A program made the position numbers and the translations under genes. Positions 13,973 through 28,340 of a stretch of 64,000 bases of DNA are shown piece by piece. Origin of the DNA: Octopus bimaculoides (Eukaryota). The first letter of the stretch is position 1, and every line of letters begins with the position of its first letter. A model generated the notes under the pieces. That model was given only the letters and a program-made list of their open reading frames with translations, had not been told where the DNA came from and made no database searches. The stretch spans positions 65,033,255 to 65,097,254 of the forward strand of contig NC_068987.1 of the NCBI RefSeq assembly GCF_001194135.2, written 5' to 3'.

Positions 13973-14737
13973 AATTTTTGTTTTAATAATTATATTGATT
14001 TTGTTTTTGACTTTTCAAGATTTGGTAAAGTACATAAGCTACATTTTTTTATGTGGTTAAATTCTTCAATGTCAGTATCTCAGAAATAATCTCTAATACA
14101 GTTGACTTGATTACAGCTAACTGAATCCATTACATGAACTGTGTTTGAGCACTTAGACATTTATTTTTGTTTATTTTTACTTGCCACTATATTTTTGTCA
14201 TTCTATGTATCTTGGTAATATCTTAGGAAATAATATTCTGAGTTTCCTAGAAGGTACTTAAGGAGCATCTTAATTATGTTATATATTAATTGAATTGCTT
14301 ACAAGTATACTGTAATCATTTTTTGGTTGGTGCATAAAATATATTTTCTTCTTGATGTTGGAAACTATTTCTGATTGATTTTTATTCATAGTTTGTGACC
14401 TTTGCCTTGACATACCGACAGTTAGTTTATTTGGTTATTTTACTGTTCATTGTAGATATTTCTTACATTTGCACCCTACCACACACAAATAAATAAAATT
14501 TCTGTTAGAGACTCCCAAGTTATTTTCTTGGTTTGTTTCTCTGATTGGTGTTTATTAGAAGCTAGACTGGAATATATAATTACATAAGTGCAGGTATGAC
14601 TGTGGTTATGAAGATTTTGTAATCACATGGCCTCAGGTTTAGTCCTGTTGTTACAGCACATTGGACAAATGTCTTTTATTATATCCATGGGTCAGCCAAT
14701 GTCTTGAGTAAATTTGGCCGATAGAAACTGCTAGATC

Positions 14738-14785
<48 letters not shown>

Positions 14786-15080
14786 CAATGCTTGTCAATC
14801 AGTGTAGGCTTGCTTATGGGCCCTTTAGTCTCTTTTTGCCAAACTGCTAAGTAGTACTACATAGAATAAGTAGCAATAGACTTTTGAATAAGTACTGGAT
14901 TTGATTTGATTGACTAAATCCTTCAAGCAGATGCTCCAGCATGGTCACAGACTGATCTGTGAGAAAAGTAAAAAAATAAAGGGGTATAGTCAATCTGGTT
15001 AGAGTTTTTGAAAAATGCTAATTACTGAGTTAATATTTTAGGATGAATTCTTATCTTTTTAAAGTTGTATATTTAAGAGA

Positions 15081-15329
15081 ACTATGCCATATGCCCACGG
15101 ACATATAGTGTAGTGGTTAAGAGTGCAAGCTACTAAGCCCAAGATTCAGAGTTCGATTCCAGGCAGTGATCTTAATAATAATTACATCAAAAAATACCTT
15201 AGGAATGAGAACCCGTGTTCAAAATTTCCCCAAGACACTTGATGAAGGCTGGAAGGTCTATCAGCCGAAACGTTGTTGTAACAACAAACAAGATGAGGAC
15301 AAATATCCGTCAAATATAAATAATGTAAA
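15081..15329 (+). mobile_element. Single-arm copy of the tRNA-headed hammerhead element
   Basis: Retains the palindromic centre (actatgccatatgccc-ac-ggacatatag), tRNA-like head, hammerhead-like core and ...ccgtcaaat(a)taaataatgta end. Confidence 0.85.
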
Positions 15330-18300
15330 TGATATATAATTTTATGTTTTTGTTGAGAGTCTCACACAGATAAAGTGTTATATTTTTGTGCTTTGCAGTG
15401 AATTGCATCATTTTTGCTACCCTGGTGCACATTTTCACATATTCTAGAATTGAAATTTCTCTTAGTTTACAAACATGTTCAGATAAAGCATTTTATTTGC
15501 TAATGTAATAAAGAAGCTGAGTATTGTTCATAGGCAGGGATTTTTGTAGTGAAAGAACCTGGCGTTTTGTCTGCCATAGTTAATGAATGTATTCTTGTGT
15601 TAATCAGAAATAGCTTTCCTTGTAACCCTTGATTGACATTTCCTTAGCATTTATTTTCTAGGCATTCACTTTTGAGTGAGTAGGTGTTTGTTTTATTGCT
15701 ACAACATAAATATAAAGTTTTAACTTGTTTATCCAGTGACCAAATATGTTTAGATAAAACTGTTATGTTCTTATTTATATGATGAAAAGTTTTGGTGTGT
15801 TATGTATAATGACTTTTGCACTTTCTCTGATTGTAGTGTATATTCTTCTTTTCTTTTTACTGGAGATTTCTTTACCCAGATATATGTGTACTGTTTCTTA
15901 ATCATTCACCATTTAGTAGGCATTGGTTTATCTAACTATGGTTGCAGTAAAGTTCTAAAATGTTGATTCTTTTTTTTGTTTTCAGTGAGAATATTCTATT
16001 GAAATGGATTGTTGTAATGTTGTCTATGTTTATGCTGAATTTCTAGCTAACCTTTATATTGTACCAAATGAATACTGCATAGTATTTGTAACAGGTATGG
16101 AAGAGTTAGTTGTTCAGTATGGAAACCATCTCAGGAACCCTTGTTTCTACATTCCTACTGTATAGTGGAGTAAATAGATGTAGCATTGTTTGTCCATTTT
16201 TGTTATTGTTGCTCACATTCATGCAGGAATTTGATTTCGTTGTTCAACTTAGCAATTCATTGTGAAATCACTATAGATGTATAGCATAATCAGTTAAGCT
16301 TTTTTTTTTTAAGCAGTGGATACAATCTAATAATGGAAAATTCTTCAAAGGTTTTAACATTTCTATAAAATCTAATTCACAGAGTAAACATCTTTGATCC
16401 ATTGATTGCTGCTAACCATATAGAAAACCAAACAAGTTGCTAACAAATATAAATATACTTTAGAATCATCCATTGAACATCTTACAGAATGGGTTTAGAC
16501 ATGAATATAATTAAAAGATTCTAATATTAGTAAAATGTTTTTGTTAGTTATCCCATAACCCTAATGGGACAACTGTGAATACAGTCTTCATATTGGAGCT
16601 CAGAGAAGAAATAACTTAGGGTGGTTTCCTATTTTGCTTTCCAGACCCCTTGTAAAATCTGTCTCACCAACACATTACATACTATCTCTGTACTCTGCTA
16701 AATTCCCTCACTACTAGCTCCTCTGAGCTAGCTACTTGTATACCTTTTTCACTTTGACTCACCTGGCCCTCTTGTCTCTCTTTGTTACCCTACCTAATTT
16801 TCCCTACTTTCCTGAACTTACATTAGCCATAGTTTCCAATTCTTCTTCCTCAGACTGTCAACTCATAGAGAATCCCCTCCTAAATGATTTTTTTCTCCTG
16901 CAGAAGCTGACTTACATTTTCAAACTGGTCATCAGCCATATTAATCTTGCCACTCTTGGAGGGCCTGCAAAATGACAAGGGTGCTACCCTCCTTCCTAAG
17001 TAAACAGTTTTTAAAATTAATCCTTCAGTTTAGCCACTACAATCTAACAAAACATTTGTTAATTTTACACTAACATCGCTGCTACTTTCAGTGTGGAACT
17101 ATACCACTCTGTAGGGCTAGGTATAATTAGTTGTAGAGATCTTGATTACAGGCACAACACAATGGCAGTCTCAAGATAAACTACTGACTTCTTGGTTGAG
17201 TGTTCAATACTTTATCAATTTGCCCAGTGAGCCCCTCCCACCATCCCTTGACAACCGATGTTGGTGTGTTTATGTCCCCGAAACTTAGCGGTTCAGCAAA
17301 AGAGACCAATAGAATAAGTACTAAGCTTACAAAGAATAAGTCCTGGGGGCAATTTCTATAAGTAAAGGCAGTGCTCCAGCATGGCTGCTGTCAAATGATT
17401 GAAATGTGTAAAAGAGTAGAAAGAGTAACTCTCCCTCAAATTGAGCCTTAACCTCTGAAGGAAAAAAATGCACTGGATAATGTGGTCTTAGATACATTTT
17501 GACCAGGAAAAAAGAAAAAAAAGAAAGATAAAGTGCTCACATTTGAAATACTTTAGATCATAAGATTGCTCAGATGCTAAATAACAACAACAACAACAAC
17601 AGATATCTGGTATGAAAGGAGGCTCTAAATAGCTACTGTACTTGTAATGAATAGCAGCTATATCACACCCTATTTTCTCTTCCTCTTCTTACATGTGTTT
17701 TCTTTGCTGGCATAGATTGAATTGGTTGTCAGTCCAAATCATTTCCTATTCAAAATCATTGCTCTCCTTGGTAGGTTGGCTTTCGGAGTGGTGGGCTAAA
17801 ATTGTGCATATCTTTCATTTGATGTGGTTTCTATATCTGGATACCCTTCTTCACATCAACCACCAAGCAGAGTTCACAGTGTGCATTTTATTGAAGCAAC
17901 AGTAACACTGAGGGGTTGTTGCGTTAACAAGACTCACTGTCCAACATAATCTCTGTTCATTTTCCTGTCAGTTTACTGAGGATATTGGGTACAAGGCACC
18001 AACATTAGAGAAGCAAGTGTCCTCAGCTAAACAAAAGAGTCTTCTCAATCTTATGGTGTCTATATTCATTCACCAACCACTTCCCTCTGTATACTGGGTT
18101 ATGTAATACACATATGTATGTGTGTGTTATCATTGTCATCATCATTTAATGTTTGTCTTTCATGCTGCTATGGGTTGGATAGTTTGACAAGAGCTGGCTA
18201 GATAGAAGACTACACCAGGCTACCGTGTCTGTTTTGGCATGGTTTTTTACATATATATGTGTGTGTGAATATATGCAAGTGTATACATGTGTATGTTTAT

Positions 18301-19144
18301 ATGTATTTGGGCATGTACATGTGTGTATGTTGAGAGAGAGAGAGAGAGAGAAACAGTGTTATTGGTGTTGTATATTAGGCATGATTTAATATGATCAAAG
18401 GTGTTTCAGCCATGACCATCCCATTTTTATTTACTGATGGTGTGTCTTAGACATTATCTACATTGCCTTATATACACTTACTCTAGGTGCTATTTAGCCT
18501 CACGTCAGCTCTGACTGAATATACTTATGAACTAAGACAATCCAGTTGTGATTATCCTATCTTTTACTCTGATGGTGTTTTTAATACTATTTTATTCAGT
18601 GCATCCATCCTTTTTTTTAAAGACATAATAATATATAAACTAAACACAAGGTGAGGAAGCCATAGCTAGAATGTTTTGATCTTGTGAGCATGGATCTACT
18701 TTATCACAGCTAACCTGGGGCTAAACAACAACAAGGACTGTGTGCATATATGTTTTCTTGTTGCTGTTGTTTGTTATTAGTTTCTGTCTTCTTCTTTGGT
18801 TTTACTACAATAAAACAGGAAATCCTAACTGGCTTTTGTTTAGATGTTCAAAGTTCTGGCCTTTCACTACTCACAGCTTCTATGGAAATCAACAGAAACC
18901 AGTCAAGGCTGTATTGCTCATTAAATTACTTGAGTTAATCTTTCTATTATATGCTTCTGATGTTTTATTGAGCGTTATGATATGTAGGTGTTTGTGTTTT
19001 AATGTGTGTGTCTGTGTCTGTGTATATTTATGTATGTATATATAACATTTATTTACATATATTTGTGTGCATATGTCTGTATAATATATGTAAATAGATA
19101 TAGATATATATTTGAGTGTGTGTGTGTGTGCATATATATACATA

Positions 19145-19209
<65 letters not shown>

Positions 19210-19254
19210 NNNNNNNNNNNNNNNNNNNNNNNNNNNNNNNNNNNNNNNNNNNNN

Positions 19255-19310
<56 letters not shown>

Positions 19311-20916
19311 GTTTGTGTGTATGTGTGTGTGGGTATATATATGTGTGTATGCATTGAAAGAGGGAGTAAAGAAAGAATATCATTTATGTTGTATATCAGG
19401 TGTGATTTTGAGAAGCTTGTCAGGCAAGAGTCCTTAGGAACTGATATGGTCAGTTGATAGGATAAAATGCCAGTGTGTGTGTGGTAAAAGGTTTGCTTCC
19501 CAACCACATAGTTCTGAGTTCTGTGCCATTGTGTGGCACCTTGAGTTCAGTGCATTGTGTGGCAAGTGTCTTCTGCTGTAGCCCTGAGTCTGACTAAAAC
19601 CTTGTGAGTGGATTTGGTAGACAGAAACTGAAAGAAGCCCATTATATCTATACACATATCAAACAAAAGACTGGATAAGTCTGCAATTTCTGTTTTGAAA
19701 TGTAAATATCTAATTACACTCTGCAAATAGAATTCACTAGAAATTTCAATTGCTCTGTACATCTCATTCAAAATAAAACATCTATCGTCTTGAGGGCTGG
19801 CAATAGCAAGTGCTTCTGGTCATAGAATATCTGCCACAAATTCTGTCTGACTGATGTGAACATGGAAAAGTGAGTGTTAAAATGAGGATGATGATGATGA
19901 TATTGTAAATGGACCAACTGGCTGATAGACAATCCACATTTAGTCACCCACACTCAGCAACTACTAGTTAACTCTCAAGATATGTCTGTGTTCACTCTGT
20001 TTCTCTGTCTTTTCTGTTAGAGACTATATCAGTGATTACAATGACATGTACTTAGCTGAGGGTAAGTCAAAGGTAAATAATGGAGTGGGCAGGGACTGTC
20101 TGTGCATAGTTTTGGTTTACATTCATTGTATACGTTTCATTGTGTTTATATATTTTAGCTATTCAGTTAATTTTTCATGCTTCAGTTCACTTGTCAGGTG
20201 AGCCAATAAAATAGGAGTGGGGTAACTCATAGACTTCATGTGTAAATTCATTCACATAATTTTGAGATCACTCACTGTGAAAGTTTCTAAAAACTAATAT
20301 GAAAGAAATGGTTTAGACCTGACTATGTCATAAAATCAAGGAGAGTTAAACAACTGCTCATAACAAGCTATTGGTTTTTCTATCAGAGGTAAGTGACTAT
20401 CCATCTATCCATCTCCACTATTAAAAGTAGATGAAATAGAAAATATTGATTGTACTCCGTATGATATTAATGGTAATCTCTATTGTAAGTGACTTAGGGG
20501 TTTTTAATCCCCTCTTCTCACATCTTTTTTCTCCACTATTTAGAAAAAAGAAAAGGAAAGTAGAGTTGATTGTTTATGTAGTTCCTAAATGTTTAAGTGA
20601 CAATGTAGTTTTATTTCAAGTTACGTTGCATTGATAATTTCCAAAAAAAAAAAAAAGAATGAAATTAATTTAAATTTATCTGCATCTACTTGAAAAAAAA
20701 CAAAACAAATAAGAATGAATTATATAGAAACATAAACTATCAAATAGAAAAAAAAAAGTATATCTCTCTCAGCGATTCTCTTCTCTCGAGGGAAATTTCT
20801 CCCTCACTTTTATTTCTTAGCAAACCCTATTTTCTCTCTGCTTCCTACACTAAAAACAACTGCAAGATGACAGCAGGGGTCGTTACTGTCAAATTTCATG
20901 TGTGTATGTATATATA

Positions 20917-21255
20917 CCATATTTGATGGCCTATAAGACGCACAAGTGCATAGGATGCACCCTAGCCTAGGCTAAACTTTTGTAAAATAAATTACCAATA
21001 AAATAATGTTTTAATTCCTCCACTTACCTGTATAACTTTGTTATTACCGGTAATTATAAGCAATTTATTGCATCCACATTCGATATAAACATACCATAGG
21101 CAACTGTTCACCAATAGATGGCAGCACATGTTTTGTAAACATACATAGCGTTTTGAGCGAGTATTGAGTCTACATTGAGTGCATTGGACACAGGGGGATT
21201 TTTAAAGCCATTTTTAGGTAAAAAAAAGGTGCGTCTTATAGGCCATCAAATATGG
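20917..21255. mobile_element. Tc1/mariner-superfamily MITE (Tc2/pogo-like TIR), 339 bp
   Basis: Perfect 27-bp TIRs CCATATTTGATGGCCTATAAGACGCAC (20917-20943, 21229-21255), TA on both sides. Confidence 0.92.
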
Positions 21256-23002
21256 TATATATATATATATNNNNNNNNNNNNNNNNNNNNNNNNNNNNNN
21301 NNNNNNNNNNNNNNNNNNNNNNNNNNNNNNNNNNNNNNNNNNNNNNNNNNNNNNNNNNNNNNNNNNNNNNNNNNNNNNNNNNNNNNNNNNNNNNNNNNNN
21401 NNNNNNNNNNNNNNNNNNNNNNNNNNNNNNNNNNNNNNNNNNNNNNNNNNNNNNNNNNNNNNNNNNNNNNNNNNNNNNNNNNNNNNNNNNNNNNNNNNNN
21501 NNNNNNNNNNNNNNNNNNNNNNNNNNNNNNNNNNNNNNNNNNNNNNNNNNNNNNNNNNNNNNNNNNNNNNNNNNNNNNNNNNNNNNNNNNNNNNNNNNNN
21601 NNNNNNNNNNNNNNNNNNNNNNNNNNNNNNNNNNNNNNNNNNNNNNNNNNNNNNNNNNNNNNNNNNNNNNNNNNNNNNNNNNNNNNNNNNNNNNNNNNNN
21701 NNNNNNNNNNNNNNNNNNNNNNNNNNNNNNNNNNNNNNNNNTAAGCTTAGTACTTATTCTATGGGTCTCTTTTGCCGAACTAAGTTATGGGGACATAAAC
21801 GCACCAGCATTAGTTGTCAAGTGATGTTGGGACTTTTGAGTTGGATAAGCTATTTGACCGGAAAAATAATTCTAACAGGGCACCACCTGGAAGGTCATGT
21901 GCTGTTTATCTTGATAGGATATCATCATGTCACGCACATACGTTTCTGATGCATGTGCCTGATGTACCCTTATCAGATGGGTAGTCATAATAGGTATATT
22001 GGGCTTTGTATGTTTGTGCCCCAGTGTCACTTTGATGGCATGTGCTGCTCTCTCACTCAATAATGATAATAATAATAATAATAATAATAATCATGTAAAA
22101 TTTTGGCATAAGGCCAGCAATTTCAGAGAAGGGGACAATTTGATTACAATCAGTCCCAGTGCTCAACTAGTAGTTATTTTATTGATCCTGAAAGGAAGAA
22201 AGATAAAGTCAGTCTCAGCAGAATTTGGACTCCGAACTTAAAAAGCCAGAAGAAATGTAATTTGTCTAGAGTGCCAATAATTCTGTTAGCTAACCACATT
22301 CTATTTCAACTGTAGGCACAAGGCCTGAAAGTTTTGAGTGGAGGGTTTAGTCAATTACGTTAACCCTAGTGCTCAACTGGTACTTATTTTATCAATCCTG
22401 AAAGGATGAATGGTAACATTGACCTTGGTAAGATTTGAACTCAAATAATAATAATTATAAGACGTGGGGGCTGCATTGCATTTTGTGCAAGGACATAAAA
22501 CATGTCCTTTTCCAATATTCCTAATTGTAGAACTGCCAGTTACCTGGGCATTGACACACGCATATATTTTAGTAACTTACAATACTGAGAGTCAATGATC
22601 CCTTCAAACAAGAATGAGTGACAGTTGCAATGCTTCATATGTTTCTTATGAAGCTACTTTGAAGTGTTATATTGTCATTATGTATTTTACTAGAATAACA
22701 GTGTAATTAGTTTTCATTCTGAAAATTGTATGTGAGTAGTGTGAGAGAAAAGATAAGGTTATCTAGGACCATATTACCTAATGTGTCTTTCCCTTTTTAA
22801 AATAATAGTATATGATTGGAGAGAGATTTGGCTGCTGTTTGTAGTTTTCAAGCAATCACTTACAAATTTCCATTATTACAGGAGTAGAGAAGCCTGTATA
22901 TTGTGTGTTATACTTTGTATTATTTTTATTTAGGTGGAAAGGACTTCTAATTAAATTAAGCTATTTTGTTCTTGAAGTGAAATAAATAGTTTTTCTGGTT
23001 TA

Positions 23003-23375
23003 TTTTTTTACTTGTTTTAATCATTGGACTGTGGCCATACTGGGGCACTGCTTTGGAAGGTTTTAGCTAAATGAGTGAACCCCAGTACTTATTTTTTTGT
23101 TAAGTTCACTTGTTATGCTGTTGGTCTCCTGTGCTGGATTGCTAAGTTACATAAGCATGAGCAAACCAACACCATTTGTCAAGTAGTGGTAGGAGACATA
23201 CACACACACAGTGGGCTTCTTTTCAGTTTCTATCTACCAAATCCACTTGTAAGGCTTTGGTCAGCCTAGGGTTATTGTGTAGAAGACTCTTGCTCAAGGT
23301 GCCATGCAATAGCTGGACTGGACTCTGGACCTTATGGCTGGGAAGCAAACTTCTTAACACACAGCTATGCTTCTA
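23003..23375 (-). mobile_element. SINE family A copy
   Basis: Same head, body and 3' module as 13516-13972. Confidence 0.8.
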
Positions 23376-26300
23376 CCTGCACCAATTTATTTATTATATT
23401 GATTCTTTCATGCTGAATTCCTTCTTTTTTTAGAAATCTGGGACTATTTTTGTAGAGGAGAAGAACAATTGATTGGAACAACTTGATTTTTCCTGGTCCA
23501 TTTGCTTTTTATTGATTCTGAAAAGATGAAAACAAAGTTGTTTCATGTGGGACTTGAACTCTCCAAACTTGCTTCTAATAGAGAAGTTCTAACTCAATAT
23601 TCTGTTATTTAGTCATGCATTTCACTGCTCTATGGTATGTACTCCATCATACTGACAATGGCATTTGAGGATATGAGGATATTTTACTGAATTACATAGA
23701 TGGCGCAGTGGTGGAGTAAAGTCTAGAAGAAATTAGATAATATGTATACATCTTGTGTTGAGCCTTTCAGCTACTGCATATCAATATTAGGAGGAAATAA
23801 AAGAATAATGAAAGAGGAATCTAATATGTAGAAGTGTCCATGTGTGATATCCCCCTTGAGGAGAAATCATTGAAATTCATGTCACAAAAATTTACATAAC
23901 CAGCTGCCTGTAGCATAGGATATCCAAATGTCAAGTATATATGACAGGAAATTCTGCTAGCAGGATTACACTATTGTAATAAGCTCACATTCTCATGTAT
24001 GCAAACACATGTATAAATTCAGATAAGCATACTCATACATGCACACACACACGTTTGCATGCACACAGATATGTGTTGATATTAATGTATACATTAACAC
24101 ACATGAACAAACGAACCATATATTGTCATGATTTTTAATGAATAATACCTTGGTCATACTGTAAATCATGCCAGTTTCTAGCTCTTTTGGGTCATTTACG
24201 CATTTATAGTATGTCAATGTACGGCTTAACTGATTTTGTTGTTATTGCCCCACTTTGCAACCATATGGTTTCAAGTTCAATTTTGTTATCTGCTATAGAA
24301 CCAGACTGGCCAGTGTCTTGTGATTGAATTTGGTAGGTAGAAACTGTGTGGAAGCTTGTTCTGTGTGCATGCATTTGTATCTGTGTTTGTCACTCACCAT
24401 TTGAAAACAGGTGTTGGTTTGCTTGTGGTCTTATAGCCCAGCAGTTCAGCAAAGAGAGACCAAAGTATTGGACACATTTTGAAGGTGATATACCGACGTG
24501 CTTACAGTCTGATGAATGAAACATGTAAAAGACTAAAAAAATAAAGAATATAATACTATCTAGAGGTGTACATTTTCCAATGTAGTCTTCTTTTCTTGAA
24601 GTCAGCAGCATGTGTATTGAGGTGGGATTTGACTGCTTTCTAGCTCGTCAAGTGATCACATAGCGGCACCCTCATTAGATTGTAACAGATGTTGCATTTG
24701 GTGTTGATGTAACAGAGTGAATCTGTAATATTTGAAGGCAATGTTGGTTACAAATTTTGGTACAAGGCTGGATTTGAAGGCCATATCAATTCAACTTAAT
24801 TTATGCATGATCTTTTTCTTAGAAATCCTTTGGTTTTTGAAAGTTGTCCTGTGTTGTAGAGATATTTTATTAGAACTTGTTGAGGCTTTCATTGGGTTAT
24901 ATAGATTAATCTAATAAGAAAGAGTGTTAGCTTGTCAAAGGTTTTTTTTTTTTTCAAAGGGAGATTTGAAATGAGCATTATAAACTAATGACACTCTTAT
25001 CGGGTATACAGTGCTTCTACTGCCTATGACTAGAAACAAAACAGAACCAGTGAAAGTTAAGTGTCATTTTCTAGGTTGTTAGTGATATAAATGAAGTGTG
25101 GTAGTTAAAAGTAGTTGTTAAAACTGTTACACAATATCATTTAAACTATGAACTTACTGCTGTGACTCCTTTGTGTACATTATGATTTCTAGAATTGGCA
25201 CAGGACCACAGTTTTTGTGAGAGAGAACTGTTGATTAAATCAACTATGATACTTGATGAGTATAATAGTTAATTTAAGACAAGAAAGATTAAAGTCAAAG
25301 TTGAATTTTAGAAAGATTTGAACTTGGGTTCTGACATCTCCATGATAATAGTTATATTGTTATTGTTAGGAGAGAAATAATATGGATAATATTATCTCCT
25401 GGATAAGCTGCCTACCTATGGACTCTTTCCATTTCTCATCTCTTAGACTGGAAACTTGCTGTCATATTACACCATATACAAATGTGGATATCTCAGTCAC
25501 TGAGAGCCCTGTGTAACAAAATAATTTTTTTTTGTCTTTGGTCAGTAAGTGTTATTCCCTATTTGCTTCTGTCTAGAAATCAAAGGAAACGACTACTATT
25601 TTCTTCAAACTTTGCTTTTGTGACCTGAACATCAATGTTTTGAAACTGACCTATTTTCCATTACATTTCAGGCAGATTCATCTTTGAGTTGTTGAAGCAG
25701 AAATATTGTTATAGCAAATATTCTGCTCAGTACCACAGATTTGCTTGTCAGTTGTTTGATCTTAACCACTTGAGCATGTTCCTTAGTGGCTGACCATATG
25801 TGCATCTCTGATCATGAGCAGGAGTAGCTGGGGAGCACCATAGCCATGTTTTGAGAGGGTTTCTTTGGGGTTTGAATAAATGTAACAAAAACAAAGTTTG
25901 AAGGAAATATTAGCCATTTTCCATACTTTCTAGAGGTAAGCATACAGGAAATAGTAGTTGCTACCCAAGAACAAAAATTGTGTTATACATTATAATTTTT
26001 CTTGGCAATCTCAAACCACAGCATAGTAAAGAAAACTGTACCCTAAAGACTGGTCCTCTTTTCCAGAGCTTGAAAATCTTTTAACTTTGGACAACAGCTG
26101 ACAAAAAGCTCAAGAATATAAAATAAAATTTTGCTGCCATATCTTGGACAATGCTACTGTGGTATACACAAACATTTACACCACATAAAAGAATCAAAAA
26201 ATCTAGCTAATTAGCATGCAGTTATGCTGCTCTAATGCTTTGCAGTATTTAACCCATAAATGGTTTTTCTACTTCTGAAATACCACCTGTTCCACAGAGC

Positions 26301-27330
26301 CTAACTACTTGCATGCAACCACCACCCAAACAAGTCCACTTTCTCCCCCTCTTGTCACTTGTACTAAATATTCTTTCCCATGACCTTATACTAGTCACTA
26401 TTATCTTACACGATAGTCTGTGTGTGTGTGTATGTGTGTATATATGAAATACTAATTTTGCTTGTCAGTTGTAGCTCTGATTAAGAAGATTGTTTCCCAT
26501 CCATCTGGTTTTTAGTTTAGTTCTACTGTGCAGCACTTTGGGCAAGTGTCTTCTACTTATAGCGCTGGGCCGACTGAAACCTTGTGAGTGGATTTGGTAG
26601 ATGGAAACTGAAGGGAGCTTGTTGTGTGTGTTTGTGTGTATGTGTGTGAGAGTGGAGTATGCATACCATTGTCTTGACATCATGTGATGGTTGAAAACAA
26701 GTGTCACTGTTATACAAGTGGTGTTGTTTGTTTCCACTCTTCCATGAAAAATGTGTCTGCATATGGGGAAATATTACCTTACACTTCACAATCACATTGT
26801 TTCAAGATTCTATCTCACTGTATGGTATCTTAGGCATTGAGCAATGCCTTGTGAGTGAAATTTGGTATCTGGAAACTCTGCAAGCCTTTTATGTGTGTGT
26901 GTGTGTGTGTGTGTGGGTGTGCACGCGCGCATGTGTGGTATGTGTGTGTGCATGTAATTAATAGGTATTTATTTGTACATGGCACAACATGTATGGTATG
27001 AAATCTGAGACAAATTTAAATTAGTTAAATTTCTGTTTTAAGCTTTTGACTGAATTTTTAAACAGCTATTAGTACATTTTATTTGTCTCTTTATGCATAG
27101 AAAAATAAAGGAAAATTGTCCTGACACGTTTCCCATTCATTGACCATTCATCTGAGGACAAGTACCTCCTCATTCATCATCTCATGAAGATAACTATAGT
27201 AAATTGCTATAGGCATGTCTTTGTGTCTAAGAATCTTACCAAAGCCTTGTGAATGGATTTGGTTGGTAGAAACTGAATCTTATCGTGTGTGTGTGTGTGT
27301 GTATACACTTGCACATAATAATAATATTAA

Positions 27331-27797
27331 TCCTTTCTACTATCGGCACAAGGGCTGGGATTTTGTGAGGAGGTGGGTTAGTCAATTACATTAACCCCAG
27401 TGATCATCTACCACTTATTTTATCAACCCCCCTCCCCCGAAAGGCTGAAAGGCAAAGCTGGCCTTGGTGGAATTTGAGCTTTGAATGTAGAGATGGATGG
27501 AATGCTGCTAAGTATTTTGTCTGGCATGCTAATGATTCTGCCAGCTCACTTCCTTAATAATAATAATAATAATAATAATAATCTTTTCTACTATAAGCAC
27601 AAGGCCTGAAACTTTTTGGGGAAGGAGCCAGTCGATTACATCGACTCCAGTGATTCACTGGTACTTAATTTATCAACCCCAAAAGGATGAAAGGCAAAGT
27701 CGACCTTGGCAGAATTTGAACCCAGTACATGAAGACAGACGAAATGCCGCTAAGCATTTTGCTTGGTGTGCTAACAATTCTGCCAGCTCACCACCTT
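27331..27797 (-). mobile_element. Two tandem SINE family B copies separated and flanked by (AAT)n
   Basis: Copies at 27331-27555 and 27582-27797, each bounded by AAT repeats. Confidence 0.85.
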
Positions 27798-27899
27798 AAT
27801 AATAATAATAATAATGAAAAGAAGAAAAATAGTGTTTCTTAAATATATGAAAGCTTTGTATAATTTTGACTTAATACCCTATTTAGAATACCATCAGCT

Positions 27900-28200
27900 T
27901 TCTTATAAAAGTCTTGAATTGTTGGATAACATGTTCAGAGTCTACATTCTTTTGATTAAAATACACTGGCTGTTTACTTGATCAATATTGATCAACCATT
28001 TAACTCTCTTCCATCATCTGATGTCTTTCTGAAATAGCCTCTTTGACATGTTAGTGGGGCTGGTATCATCACTGTTTTACCTCTTGTGAGAACAACAGCT
28101 GTCAATAAGTGCTGCTGAAGAGAACAGGGTGGGTTGGCTTGCTTCTAAATTTCTATGGAAGAGACTGGGTACTTCCTCCAGTTTCTTGGATATCATAACC
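27900..28200 (-). mobile_element. Degenerate R4/Dong-like RT remnant
   Basis: Minus strand contains ctc aca aga ggt aaa aca gtg atg ata cca = LTRGKTVMIP, typical of the RT start in this clade. Surrounding frames are broken. Confidence 0.4.
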
Positions 28201-28297
28201 ACTTGTATGAACATTTGTTTAAAATGTGTGTGTGAGAGAGAGAGATTTTGAATCTCTTTTTATTCTTTGTATATAATTTGATAAACACACACACACA

Positions 28298-28340
<43 letters not shown>

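Noticed and set aside
15986-16094. Possible exon (poly-Y CAG...CAG|GTATGG) with open frame MDCCNVVYVYAEFL...
   Set aside because: Good splice signals and phase-compatible with 39365, but no homology or other support; such pseudo-exons are frequent in AT-rich introns.
20021-20061. Possible 41-nt UTR exon (long pyrimidine tract, TAG...G|GTAAGT)
   Set aside because: Signals only; cannot be distinguished from chance without RNA data.
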